Assembly: GCA_013204355.1 (NCBI GenBank) | Contig: JABMOA010000006.1 | Span: forward strand, 1-42,385 | Source: Candidatus Woesearchaeota archaeon | Lineage (GTDB): Archaea > Nanobdellota > Nanobdellia > Woesearchaeales > GW2011-AR9 | Length of the DNA stretch: 42,385 nucleotides | Direction of reading: 5' to 3' | Part shown: positions 7,847-16,692 of the stretch, piece by piece | Layout: each line of letters starts with the position of its first letter | How positions within the stretch are numbered: the first letter of the stretch is position 1 | Notes under the pieces: model-generated | Told to the model about the DNA's origin: nothing | Seen by the model: the letters and a program-made list of their open reading frames with translations, nothing else | The model's database searches: none | Program-made: the position numbers and the translations under genes

Positions 7847-9460
7847 CTAAACTGATTCTACAGGTTGTTCATGAACTTTTACCGCACGTCCAGAAGGGTC
7901 TGCCATTCCTTCAAATAGTTTACTCCAACGATAAGCTGTTGGTGAAGAGCATGCAATTGAAGGACCGACTTCAACGGTTAATATTTCATCTTCTGTGGGA
8001 TATTTATCTTCAAAAATTGATCTATAAAGATAAGCTTCTTTTGTATCAGGTGATTGAATAGGGAATCGTTGTTTTACATCAACCATCATTTGATCAGTCA
8101 CCATTTTTTCAGCATACTCTTTTAATGAATCTATCCAACCATAACCAACACCGTCAGAAAATTGTTCCTTTTGTCGCCATAAAACTGATTCAGGGATATA
8201 ACCTTCAAATGCTTTACGAAGTACATATTTTTCTGGTTTATCGCCACCACACATTTTATCTTGAGGGTCAAAACTCATTGCATAATCAAGGAAATCTTTT
8301 CCGAGGAAGGGTACACGAATTTCTATACCCCACGCCGCCATGGATTTGTTCGCACGTAAACAATCGTATTTACTTAGTTTCATTAATTTTCGTACAGTTT
8401 CATCATGAAATTCTTTTGTACTTGGAGCCATATGAAAATACAAATATCCTCCAAAAATTTCATCAGCACCTTCACCTGAAAGAATCATCTTGATTCCTAA
8501 ACTTTTAATTTTTCGTGCCATTAAGTACATTGGAGTGGACGCACGAATTGTTGTTACATCGTAGGTTTCAAGATGGTAAATTACATCATGTAATGCGTCT
8601 ATTCCTTGCTGGGCCGTAAATGTAAATTCGTGGTGTTTGCTCCCAATATGTTTTGCAACTATTCTTGCAAATTTTACATCAGGCGAGCCTTCTAACCCTA
8701 TTGAAAATGAATGAAGGCCTGGACGTACTTTAGCTGCTATTGAAGCTATAAGAGATGAATCTAACCCTCCTGAGATTAATACACCATAAGGTACATCTGA
8801 CATTAATTGTTTTCTAACAGAAATTTCTAATTCATCACGTAATTGTTTTAGTGAAACAGGAATAGTTGGATGTTCAACAGCCCATTTAGGTTTATACCAT
8901 TGGATAAATTCTTGTGTACTTCCAAGGAAATAATGTCCTGGTGGGAATTCTTTGATGCTGGTACAATATTTTAGAGCTTTCATTTCACTTGCTATATGGG
9001 TTGTTCCTTGGTCATCCCAACCAATATATAATGGTACAATTCCCATATGATCTCGTGCAATGAAATATTCTTTAGTTCTAGGGTCATAAATTGCAAAAGC
9101 GAAAATACCGTCTATTTTTTCCAAAAATTGTGGACCAAATTCATCATAGAGATATAGTAATATTTCACAATCAGATTTCGTTTGCCATTGATGTGGTTTT
9201 GTAAGTAGAGTTTTCAATTTTTGATGATCATATATTTCTCCGTTTGCAATAAGAATACGTTGTTTTGTGGTATCATAGAGAGGTTGAGCTCCATGATGGA
9301 CGTCAACAATGGATAATCGTTCATGTATTAAGATTGAATAGTTATCACTATAAATCCCACTTTCATCAGGTCCACGATGACGAATTTTTGATGCCATCTT
9401 TAAGGTTTTCCCCCTTTGAGTCTCATCCTTTATTCCAAATAATCCAATTATACCACACAT
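7847..9460 (-). CDS. asnB: Asparagine synthetase (glutamine-hydrolysing)
   Basis: N-terminal MCGI nucleophile, SGGLDSS PP-loop, 537 aa. Confidence 0.9.
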   Translation of the reverse strand: MCGIIGLFGIKDETQRGKTLKMASKIRHRGPDESGIYSDNYSILIHERLSIVDVHHGAQPLYDTTKQRILIANGEIYDHQKLKTLLTKPHQWQTKSDCEILLYLYDEFGPQFLEKIDGIFAFAIYDPRTKEYFIARDHMGIVPLYIGWDDQGTTHIASEMKALKYCTSIKEFPPGHYFLGSTQEFIQWYKPKWAVEHPTIPVSLKQLRDELEISVRKQLMSDVPYGVLISGGLDSSLIASIAAKVRPGLHSFSIGLEGSPDVKFARIVAKHIGSKHHEFTFTAQQGIDALHDVIYHLETYDVTTIRASTPMYLMARKIKSLGIKMILSGEGADEIFGGYLYFHMAPSTKEFHDETVRKLMKLSKYDCLRANKSMAAWGIEIRVPFLGKDFLDYAMSFDPQDKMCGGDKPEKYVLRKAFEGYIPESVLWRQKEQFSDGVGYGWIDSLKEYAEKMVTDQMMVDVKQRFPIQSPDTKEAYLYRSIFEDKYPTEDEILTVEVGPSIACSSPTAYRWSKLFEGMADPSGRAVKVHEQPVESV

Positions 9461-9563
9461 TTTAATCCTCCTATATCTGAAGATGTTTTGGAAATCATTA
9501 TTTCCATATCATCCGTTATTTATAATATTCAAGAGTGAGATTCTTTTTAAGCGTGTTTCAAAA

Positions 9564-9627
9564 ATAATGGAAAAATACTCCATTATTACGGAAAGTATAT
9601 AAATAAGTGGAACATATGTTCCATTAT
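9564..9627. promoter_or_regulatory. Divergent asnB/lrp control region with a TATA box and two inverted repeats (candidate Lrp operators)
   Basis: ATAATGGA-n7-TCCATTAT (9564-9586), TATA tatataaata (9596-9605), and the perfect 16-bp palindrome TGGAACATATGTTCCA (9608-9623). The palindrome abuts the ATG at 9626. Confidence 0.45.
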
Positions 9628-10069
9628 GAATTATACACCAGACGAGAAAGATAAAAAGATTTTAGAGATATTAGAAGAACATGCTGATTACCCTACAAGA
9701 AAGATTGCAAAAAAGACATTATTGCCAATCACTACGGTCCACAATAGGATCACAAAGTTACGTAAGGAAGGTATCATCAAAAAGTTTACAATTGAACTTG
9801 ATTATGCTAAAGTAGATTTAGGTCAGCTTGCATATATCCTTGTTTCCACAAATTTGCAAGCACTTCGTGAGAAAAAAAGAACTCAATATGATGTGGTGAA
9901 GGAAATTAAGAGGTTAGGAGTAGTACGTGCTGATATTGTATCTGGAGGAACAGACATTGTTGTTATTGTTAGAGTTAAAGATGTTTCTGCCTATGATAAA
10001 TTTCTTCTGGGAAAATTACAGAAGATTGAAGGGATTGATAAAACACAAACGTTGATGGTCATTCATTGA
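9626..10069 (+). CDS. Lrp/AsnC-family transcriptional regulator
   Basis: N-terminal HTH (DKKILEILEEHADYPTRKIAKKTLLPITTVHNRITKL) plus a C-terminal RAM/AsnC ligand domain; 147 aa. Confidence 0.85.
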   Translation: MNYTPDEKDKKILEILEEHADYPTRKIAKKTLLPITTVHNRITKLRKEGIIKKFTIELDYAKVDLGQLAYILVSTNLQALREKKRTQYDVVKEIKRLGVVRADIVSGGTDIVVIVRVKDVSAYDKFLLGKLQKIEGIDKTQTLMVIH

Positions 10070-10099
10070 GGGATTATTTTAAGTGTGCTAAAACTTGTA

Positions 10100-10350
10100 C
10101 TGTAACATTAAATTCTTTGAAATGTTTCATCGGTTCTTGAACGGCATGTGGACTTCTATCAACTGTTGTGAGAATTACGCCTTCGGATGCAAGAATAATC
10201 CCGAGTAACCATTCGAAATTCCTAATTCTTAAAAAAACTTTGGTTTTAGTTATTTAATTTTATCTAAAATCCATCTTCCTTTCTCTGGCACAATTATGGA
10301 TATTTTTTTGATAGATTCGTATTCAAGTTTTTTTAGTTGTTCTATATCCA
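10100..10350 (-). pseudogene. Decayed copy of the 5' ~255 bp of the SAM-methyltransferase gene at 14575..15105
   Basis: Colinear nucleotide similarity to 14850-15104. The minus-strand translation MDMDIEQLKKLEYESIKKISIIVPEKGRWILDKIK then hits a stop, and no long ORF remains. Confidence 0.75.
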
Positions 10351-10403
10351 TATCCATGATAGTTCTAGGAATGATATAAACTTTCCAAAATTTTAATTGA
10401 TAC

Positions 10404-11975
10404 TTATTCTTTGGGTTTTCTAAATTCTATGATTTTCTCTTTAGAAACAACACGAGGTTCGCTTGGCCCTTCATACATAATAGCATAGACTTTACCCACA
10501 TGTAGATCTCTGTAGGTTCCTTCAATTTTGGTGATTTCATCTCCAACCTGAACAACAAAATAATTCTCTTGAAGATGGTTCCTTCCTGTCTTTTCATCTA
10601 AAAAAATATCTAATTTATGGTCTAATACCAAAAAAGGAGGAGTCATATAAACTACAGATTGTTTTATATCTTCTGGGGGTTCGAGTCCAGTTAATGCATA
10701 CACCTTTCTTCCCTGCGTTTCAAGAAGATTTTTTGGATTTATAGTAACACCACTAATATCTTTATAATCACAATACCCAATCACCTCTTGATCTAATGAA
10801 GGTTCTATTTTTTTTCTATCAGTTGTGTTTAATGCTTTAAAATCTTTAATTATACCATATGGAATAATCGCAGATAAAGATCCTATAAAAATTGTTATTA
10901 ATCCTGTGATTGTAATTCCAAGAGCAATTCCAAAATTTTCGGGACCAGAATTTACAATTTTCTCAAAAAGTTCATAAGTTACTCCAGCACCAAGAATTGA
11001 ACCTGTTAATAGAGCAGGAAATAATATAGCTTCACCCCTTATTGATTTCCTCCGAAACGGATGATTTTCACTATAGAGTCTTAAAACATCTTTGGGTGTA
11101 TAATCTTTATGCCATGCATTTTGGATTGCAAGTGTTTGTTGATCTAATGTTATAATGTTTGTTCTTGGTGGTGTTTGTGTGCTGTGAATACTCGGGGAGA
11201 TATTTAGTTCATAACGATCTTGAGGATTTTCTGCAAGAAGCATCTTTAATGTGAGTTTAAGTTCAGGTGTTAATCTAGAAAATGATTCAAGATCAGGACG
11301 CCACTGAGGGTCATGATTGTTTAATCCTTTGTTTGTTACAAGTGCAAAAAGTGTTGCGCCTAAAGAATACCTATCAGTTGCAGTTGTTAGTCGGTCTCTG
11401 TTAGAAGGATCATGTTGTTCTGGGCTCCAATAAGGAATGGTTCCAATCCCCATACTTTTGGTATCTGTATCTTCGCCATCTAGTTTTGCAATTCCAAAAT
11501 CTATGATTTTAACAATACCTTGATTTGTGACCATTATATTTTTTGGACTAATATCTCTGTGAATTATCCCTCTTTCATGAGCTGCATCTAAGCCAAAGAG
11601 TGCTTGATTGCAGAGATCTTCTAATTCTTTATTTGTATGAAGGTGTCCCCTATCTAATCTTTTTTGTAAGGATTCTCCTTCTACCCATTCAAAGGCAATA
11701 TAATGTTTTGGCACACCACGAGAATCTGTTTCTTGCCATGCATCTTGAAGATTAACAATATTGGGATGATTTAAATCTCTTGCAATGCTAGCTTCACGTA
11801 AAAAACGATCTATGGAAAAATTATCCTCAAGCACCATTTCCTTAACTGCATGAATTTCTCCAGATTCTGTAATTCCCTTATAGACAACTCCATGATGTCC
11901 TCTTCCTGCAAAAATTAATGAGGTATAACGCTCATTTGTTGTTCTTGATGATAATTCCAAATAAGAATCAGTCAT
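10404..11975 (-). CDS. Membrane-anchored Hanks-type Ser/Thr protein kinase (catalytic motifs intact)
   Basis: GRGHHGVVYKG, AVKEM, HRDISPKNIMV, DFGIAK and PYWSPEQ. Two Gly-rich TM helices lie around residues 320-385, followed by a ~140-aa C-terminal domain. Confidence 0.85.
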   Translation of the reverse strand: MTDSYLELSSRTTNERYTSLIFAGRGHHGVVYKGITESGEIHAVKEMVLEDNFSIDRFLREASIARDLNHPNIVNLQDAWQETDSRGVPKHYIAFEWVEGESLQKRLDRGHLHTNKELEDLCNQALFGLDAAHERGIIHRDISPKNIMVTNQGIVKIIDFGIAKLDGEDTDTKSMGIGTIPYWSPEQHDPSNRDRLTTATDRYSLGATLFALVTNKGLNNHDPQWRPDLESFSRLTPELKLTLKMLLAENPQDRYELNISPSIHSTQTPPRTNIITLDQQTLAIQNAWHKDYTPKDVLRLYSENHPFRRKSIRGEAILFPALLTGSILGAGVTYELFEKIVNSGPENFGIALGITITGLITIFIGSLSAIIPYGIIKDFKALNTTDRKKIEPSLDQEVIGYCDYKDISGVTINPKNLLETQGRKVYALTGLEPPEDIKQSVVYMTPPFLVLDHKLDIFLDEKTGRNHLQENYFVVQVGDEITKIEGTYRDLHVGKVYAIMYEGPSEPRVVSKEKIIEFRKPKE

Positions 11976-12158
11976 TTTTAAAAACCTCTGATTTAATTAG
12001 TAAAGAAAAAAGTTTATGTATTGTAAATAATATGTGTGTGTTCATTGTTCTACTCTATAACACACCTCTAAAAACCTTATCATCTTAAAACAAGCTAATA
12101 CTTATAAATATTATGGACATTTTTGAAGGATATTTTTTTTCAAAATAAGTTGCAAAAT

Positions 12159-12734
12159 TTATTGTTGTTTCCATAAATGCACATAATCATCAAATTCTGC
12201 TTTTAGGATTGAATGGATTGCATCATAGGGAAGATGCATGGAAGTTCTATGTGATTTTTCATGTATTCCTCCTACTGAAATATCCACTAATCTTCCTTGT
12301 AATTCTGGTTTATTTAAAACAATTAATCCTGTAATTTCGTAGCCCATGCTTGATGCAAGAGGAAATGGGGTACAGGTTCCTGGTTCCATGTGTAGAGGTA
12401 ATCTTTCTGCAGCACAAGGTCTATATCCTTTTGCTTTTTTGTGTTTAATTCCTAATATTTCTGCAAAAATATCTTCAGTTGGAATCCTACCCTCTTCTGG
12501 CGTGATGATCCCCCATAGTTCTCCGTGCCCTCTAAAATAGAGAGCTTTTACCATTTGATTTAATGTCCAATCTCCAGGATGTGTTTCTTGTAAAAGGTCT
12601 AATTTTTCTTGACAGGTAGACGTAGATTTGGAATGATAAATTAATTTTGGTTCTAAACCTAGTAATTTTGCATGATCCATGACGTATTGTTGTTCAAGAT
12701 CTAATTCTAGTTTTGTTTGTGTTGTTAGTTGCAT
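12159..12734 (-). CDS. YbaK/ProX-like (aminoacyl-tRNA trans-editing deacylase fold) protein with an N-terminal extension
   Basis: VKALYF (conserved Lys), GIITPEEGRIPTEDIFAEILG, EPGTCTPFPL and VDISVGG align by eye with YbaK motifs KTL, G..GG.SP.G and v.vSgG. Confidence 0.5.
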   Translation of the reverse strand: MQLTTQTKLELDLEQQYVMDHAKLLGLEPKLIYHSKSTSTCQEKLDLLQETHPGDWTLNQMVKALYFRGHGELWGIITPEEGRIPTEDIFAEILGIKHKKAKGYRPCAAERLPLHMEPGTCTPFPLASSMGYEITGLIVLNKPELQGRLVDISVGGIHEKSHRTSMHLPYDAIHSILKAEFDDYVHLWKQQ

Positions 12735-12762
12735 TTTGTTTGTGTTGTTAGTTGCATTTTGT
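12711..12762. repeat. Tandem duplication, 23-bp unit x 2.26, spanning the start codon of the YbaK-like gene
   Basis: ttttgtttgtgttgttagttgca repeats with period 23. This creates a second, out-of-frame ATG (12757) that opens a 10-codon uORF. Confidence 0.7.
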
Positions 12763-12944
12763 GTTCTTCTTAAATTAAAATGGTTCTAGTTAAAACCTAT
12801 TTAAATTTACTCCAAAATTAATGGCATTTAAGAGTAGGATCCAAATACATTAATCACTATAATAGAGTAGTAAATATGGGAAACTTTATAAACTAAATCA
12901 TTATTTTTCTATAATATTGATATATTTAAGATATTATAAGGCAT

Positions 12945-14516
12945 ATGACAGAGATAGGAACTTTTGGAAATGGAAGGATTGAAGTTGGGGATAGGGTTTA
13001 TTCTCTAGATGAATTACTAGGCCAAACTTCTCGTTCAAAGGTTTGGAGAGCTAACAATGGTGAAAAGGATGTTGCTCTTAAAATGATGATTCTTAATACA
13101 GATGCTGGACTTTCAGATATGGAAGATCTCAATGTTATTGGAGATGTTGAAAGTAGAGTAGCAGTATACCGAAATTTAAATCATCCTCATATTACTAATT
13201 TAGAAGATTTCTTTTTTATTGATAGTGGAATTGTGGAATGGCCAGTTGTTGTCCGAGAATATGTTGCAGGTCAAACTTTAGATGAAAAAATGGATAAAGG
13301 TTACATACCAACTAATGAAGAAGCTCTCAACATATTTAAAACGTTACTTAACGTTACTAATTATTTAGAATCATTTGGCAGAGAAATTGTTAATAGAGAT
13401 ATTAAACCCTCCAATATTTTGATTGGTGAAGAGGGGACAATTAAATTAACTGACTTTGAAATCTGTACAACTTCAGCTGGTACAACTACTGGGGGTCGTG
13501 GAACTTTTGAATATATGTCACCTGAACAAATGTTAGGCGGAACACCAACTTCTATGTGGGACAGATATTCAATTGCTAAAACCATGGAACATCTTCTAAC
13601 TGGAAAAACTCCAGGATTTGGTAAACAAGTTGTTTTGAATGGTGGTATATTGGATGGTATTTTATCAAAAATGACTGATCCAGATCCAAAATTTAGATAT
13701 AATACTTCAAAACAAATTTTAGCAGAATTAGAATTTAATGAAAAGACCGGAACTCAACTTGTGCAGGTTAAACGTCAAAAGATTGTTTCTTCAAATGAAG
13801 TAGAAGTACATAAAACTGTTGTAGATACAAAAAGAGATTTATGGTTATTGGACCAGTTTGGTGAAAAAGATTTAGCAGTAGGACTATATGATTTTATGCA
13901 AAGAGTTGAAGGGACTCCATTATATAAAAGAGCAGCGTTAGTAGCATCCGCTGTAAGAATGGCGATAGGAGAAGATAGAATTGATTCCGAAATATTAGAT
14001 CAGTTAAAATACTTAAGTCAATGTAAAATTTATTCAAGAGATATTGTGGTAGTTGATAAACCATGGGGAGAATTAGTTACTGATTTAGTGGGCTATAATG
14101 GTTATTGTCTTCCTGAGGAAACAAACATCCCATATTTTTTTGAAAATCTCAAAAAATGGAATTTTCATGGTCTGGATAACAAGTCATGTGAAGCTTTACA
14201 CAAAGATATTCAATCAATTTCGGATCGTACCTTTTTGGGATCAGTGGTGGGGTTGCTTGTAGGAGGTTTAGGTTTTGGGTATTCTGTTTATGAATTATCT
14301 GGGAGTTCGTATGGAGCATTTCTTGCTGGTATTGTTGGTGTAATTGGTTCAGGTGTTGCTGGTGCTAGGTATAGCACAAAAGTTGAATCTGCGAAGAGAT
14401 TAGAATATGAAAAATCTTCTCAAAAGAATCCTTGTTTGAAAACTATTTCAGGACATGAGGTTATATTGTATACATTCTTACCAGAATATATGGGAGATCC
14501 ATTAAAATCATCATAG
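12945..14516 (+). CDS. Membrane-anchored protein-kinase-like protein with degenerate catalytic motifs (putative pseudokinase or atypical kinase)
   Basis: The kinase fold is recognisable (VALKMM, DIKPSNILI, EYMSPEQ), but HRD is NRD (13392-13400) and DFG is DFE (13452-13460). A Gly-rich TM hairpin lies near the C-terminus. Confidence 0.8.
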   Translation: MTEIGTFGNGRIEVGDRVYSLDELLGQTSRSKVWRANNGEKDVALKMMILNTDAGLSDMEDLNVIGDVESRVAVYRNLNHPHITNLEDFFFIDSGIVEWPVVVREYVAGQTLDEKMDKGYIPTNEEALNIFKTLLNVTNYLESFGREIVNRDIKPSNILIGEEGTIKLTDFEICTTSAGTTTGGRGTFEYMSPEQMLGGTPTSMWDRYSIAKTMEHLLTGKTPGFGKQVVLNGGILDGILSKMTDPDPKFRYNTSKQILAELEFNEKTGTQLVQVKRQKIVSSNEVEVHKTVVDTKRDLWLLDQFGEKDLAVGLYDFMQRVEGTPLYKRAALVASAVRMAIGEDRIDSEILDQLKYLSQCKIYSRDIVVVDKPWGELVTDLVGYNGYCLPEETNIPYFFENLKKWNFHGLDNKSCEALHKDIQSISDRTFLGSVVGLLVGGLGFGYSVYELSGSSYGAFLAGIVGVIGSGVAGARYSTKVESAKRLEYEKSSQKNPCLKTISGHEVILYTFLPEYMGDPLKSS

Positions 14517-14574
14517 AAATTCGGTTTGACAACAAAATTTTAGTATATAACCTTGGATTAAATTGTTCTAATTA

Positions 14575-15105
14575 TTATTTCAATATGCTATAACTCATCC
14601 CATTTCCAATTTTAATCATTTCTGTATTTAATTTTGGATGTACTTGAATCTTTTCTTTGAATTCGTAACATCCTGGCAAGTCTATATTATCTGCGACTAG
14701 CACACCATCTTTTGAAAGAATTTTGATGCAATTTTCTAAAACGTTAATGTATTCTTTATTTGCAAAATCTAAAAGGATCATGTCAAACCTTATATTTTCT
14801 TGTGCAAGTTCTTCCACATATTTCACACCGTCACCAAGAATTACGTGAGCTGTAACATTGAATTCTTTGAAATTTTTCATTGCCTCCTGGACCGCATGCG
14901 GACTTGTATCAACTGTTGTGAGAATTGCGCCTTCAGATGCGAGAATAATGCCAGAATATCCGTTTGCTGTTCCTAATTCTAAAATTGTTTTTGGTTTTAG
15001 TTGTTTAATTTTATCTAAAATCCATCTTCCTTTTTCTGATCCGATGATAGGAACTTTTCTTTCTATGGATTCTTGTTCAAGTTTTTTTAGTTGTTCTATA
15101 ATCAT
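14575..15105 (-). CDS. Class I SAM-dependent O-methyltransferase (COG4122-like)
   Basis: ILELGTANGYSGIILA is SAM motif I, followed by ILLDFANKEY. The start is set at MIIEQLKK (15105) rather than 15147. Confidence 0.8.
   Translation of the reverse strand: MIIEQLKKLEQESIERKVPIIGSEKGRWILDKIKQLKPKTILELGTANGYSGIILASEGAILTTVDTSPHAVQEAMKNFKEFNVTAHVILGDGVKYVEELAQENIRFDMILLDFANKEYINVLENCIKILSKDGVLVADNIDLPGCYEFKEKIQVHPKLNTEMIKIGNGMSYSILK
14850..15104. repeat. Right copy of the ~250-bp direct repeat (the intact 5' end of the methyltransferase gene)
   Basis: Pairs with 10100-10350 in the same orientation, roughly 80% identity by eye. Confidence 0.75.
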
Positions 15106-15124
15106 TTTTATTGTCAGAATTGTA

Positions 15125-15136
15125 AAAATATATAAA
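15125..15136. promoter_or_regulatory. Single central TATA element shared by divergent leaderless genes (methyltransferase and TVP38-like)
   Basis: aaaatatataaa sits in the middle of a 53-bp intergenic region, about 20 nt from the ATG at 15105 (-) and about 23 nt from the ATG at 15159 (+). Confidence 0.35.
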
Positions 15137-15158
15137 CGTTTATGCATTTTCTAGTAAT

Positions 15159-15863
15159 ATGAAACATAAACATCGGTATTGGGGTTATGTTGGATTATTA
15201 GTAGTTATGTTGATTTTTGGGTACTTGAATTATTTTTTTGATTTGAAACAATTCGCTGATCCTATCTTTGTTCGTGATTTTTTATTAAGTTTTGGTGTAT
15301 GGAGTTATCTTGTATATATGGTCATGTTACTTGCAACAATTCCTTTACCAATTCCTTCAACGCCTGTTGTATTAGCTGGTGGTTATGTGTTTGGTACAAT
15401 TGTTGGTACAATCTTGTCTTTAATTGCGGGTGCTATGGGGAGTAGTATTGCATTCCTTTTAACACGTAAATATGGGCGACCGATGTTAGAAAGATTAGTT
15501 GATAAACACCATATAATTCAGTTCAACCATATTTTTAAGAAGCGTGGCACATCAGCTGCATTTGTTTCTTATACAATTCCTACATTTCCTTCAGATGCAA
15601 TTAGTTTAATGCTTGGTTTGACAAAGATGTCATTTCACACATTTTTATTATTGTATTTCTTTGCACATATTCCACGATATTTAATTCTCAATTCTATTGG
15701 AAGTGATCTTTTTCATGGATTCTCTGCGACCACCTTTGTTGTATTGATCCTAGCACTAGGATTGATTCTTGTTGCTTTATTTAGAGAAAGGTTAAAGAAA
15801 GTTTTCTTTAAAGAATTGCATGAAGTTGAAAAAGAAGTAAAAAAGTTAGAAAAGGAAATTTAA
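15159..15863 (+). CDS. TVP38/TMEM64 (DedA/VTT-domain) family membrane protein
   Basis: Multi-pass membrane protein with PIPSTPVVLAGGYVFG and FLLTRKYGRP motifs. Confidence 0.65.
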   Translation: MKHKHRYWGYVGLLVVMLIFGYLNYFFDLKQFADPIFVRDFLLSFGVWSYLVYMVMLLATIPLPIPSTPVVLAGGYVFGTIVGTILSLIAGAMGSSIAFLLTRKYGRPMLERLVDKHHIIQFNHIFKKRGTSAAFVSYTIPTFPSDAISLMLGLTKMSFHTFLLLYFFAHIPRYLILNSIGSDLFHGFSATTFVVLILALGLILVALFRERLKKVFFKELHEVEKEVKKLEKEI

Positions 15864-15881
15864 AAGAATCATTACTTTTTA

Positions 15882-16652
15882 TTAAATATCAAAATCAATC
15901 ATCAAAGGAAGATGATCTGAAAATTCGTAGTGTAAAATTGAATATTTCTTGATTTTTATTTGTGGTGATGTGAGAATCCAATCTAATCTTTTGGAAGGAT
16001 GCCATGCTGGTTCTGTGAAGGGGATTGATTTTTTGTCTAATGCGATTCTATCTTTAAGATGAGTTTTCTGTTCCAACTCTTTCATTTCAGATTCACCATT
16101 AAAAGTATTGAAGTCTCCCATGAGAATTACTGGGTTTTTTATCTTGTTCACAATATCAATTAATTCTTTAATTTGGAGAGCACGTGTTTTTGGTCCTAAT
16201 GCAAGATGTGCTGCAAGTAAAGTCACTTTCTTTTTGTTGATGGTAACTGTACTTTCAATGACCATTCGTTTTGTTCCTTCATGGAATACATGATATATTA
16301 TTTTTTCAAGCGGAAATTTTGATATGATTGCATTTGCTTGGTGATTCAAAATGGGAACATGATGAAATAATTTTAACCATCCTGTTACTGGATACTTGAC
16401 TTTCTCTGCATAATTATGCATCCCTAATCCTTCTTCAAAGAATTTTACTTGATCTTTTCCTCTTGCACGTAATGAACCTGTATCAACTTCAATTAATGTT
16501 ACAATATCTGGTTTTAATTTTTTTAATTGATCTAGAATTTGTTGTTCTAACTTTGGTGGAGGAAAAAAAATTCTCCAGAAGAAAAGGTATTGATACCACA
16601 ATCCTTCCATCCCTTCGCAATATTCTATGTTGTAGGAAATAAGTTTAACCAT
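15882..16652 (-). CDS. Endonuclease/exonuclease/phosphatase (EEP) family protein
   Basis: ISYNIEY...LIEVD...GDFNT...SDHLPLMIDF motif series. Confidence 0.8.
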   Translation of the reverse strand: MVKLISYNIEYCEGMEGLWYQYLFFWRIFFPPPKLEQQILDQLKKLKPDIVTLIEVDTGSLRARGKDQVKFFEEGLGMHNYAEKVKYPVTGWLKLFHHVPILNHQANAIISKFPLEKIIYHVFHEGTKRMVIESTVTINKKKVTLLAAHLALGPKTRALQIKELIDIVNKIKNPVILMGDFNTFNGESEMKELEQKTHLKDRIALDKKSIPFTEPAWHPSKRLDWILTSPQIKIKKYSILHYEFSDHLPLMIDFDI

Positions 16653-16692
16653 ATTCTTAGAAATATTTTAGAGTTTAAAAACCTAATGTTTA

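Noticed and set aside
10100-15104. The two 523-aa kinases plus methyltransferase copies could be a simple inverted segmental duplication.
   Set aside because: The methyltransferase-derived repeats are direct, not inverted. The kinase/methyltransferase orientations differ between the two sides: tandem on the left and convergent on the right.
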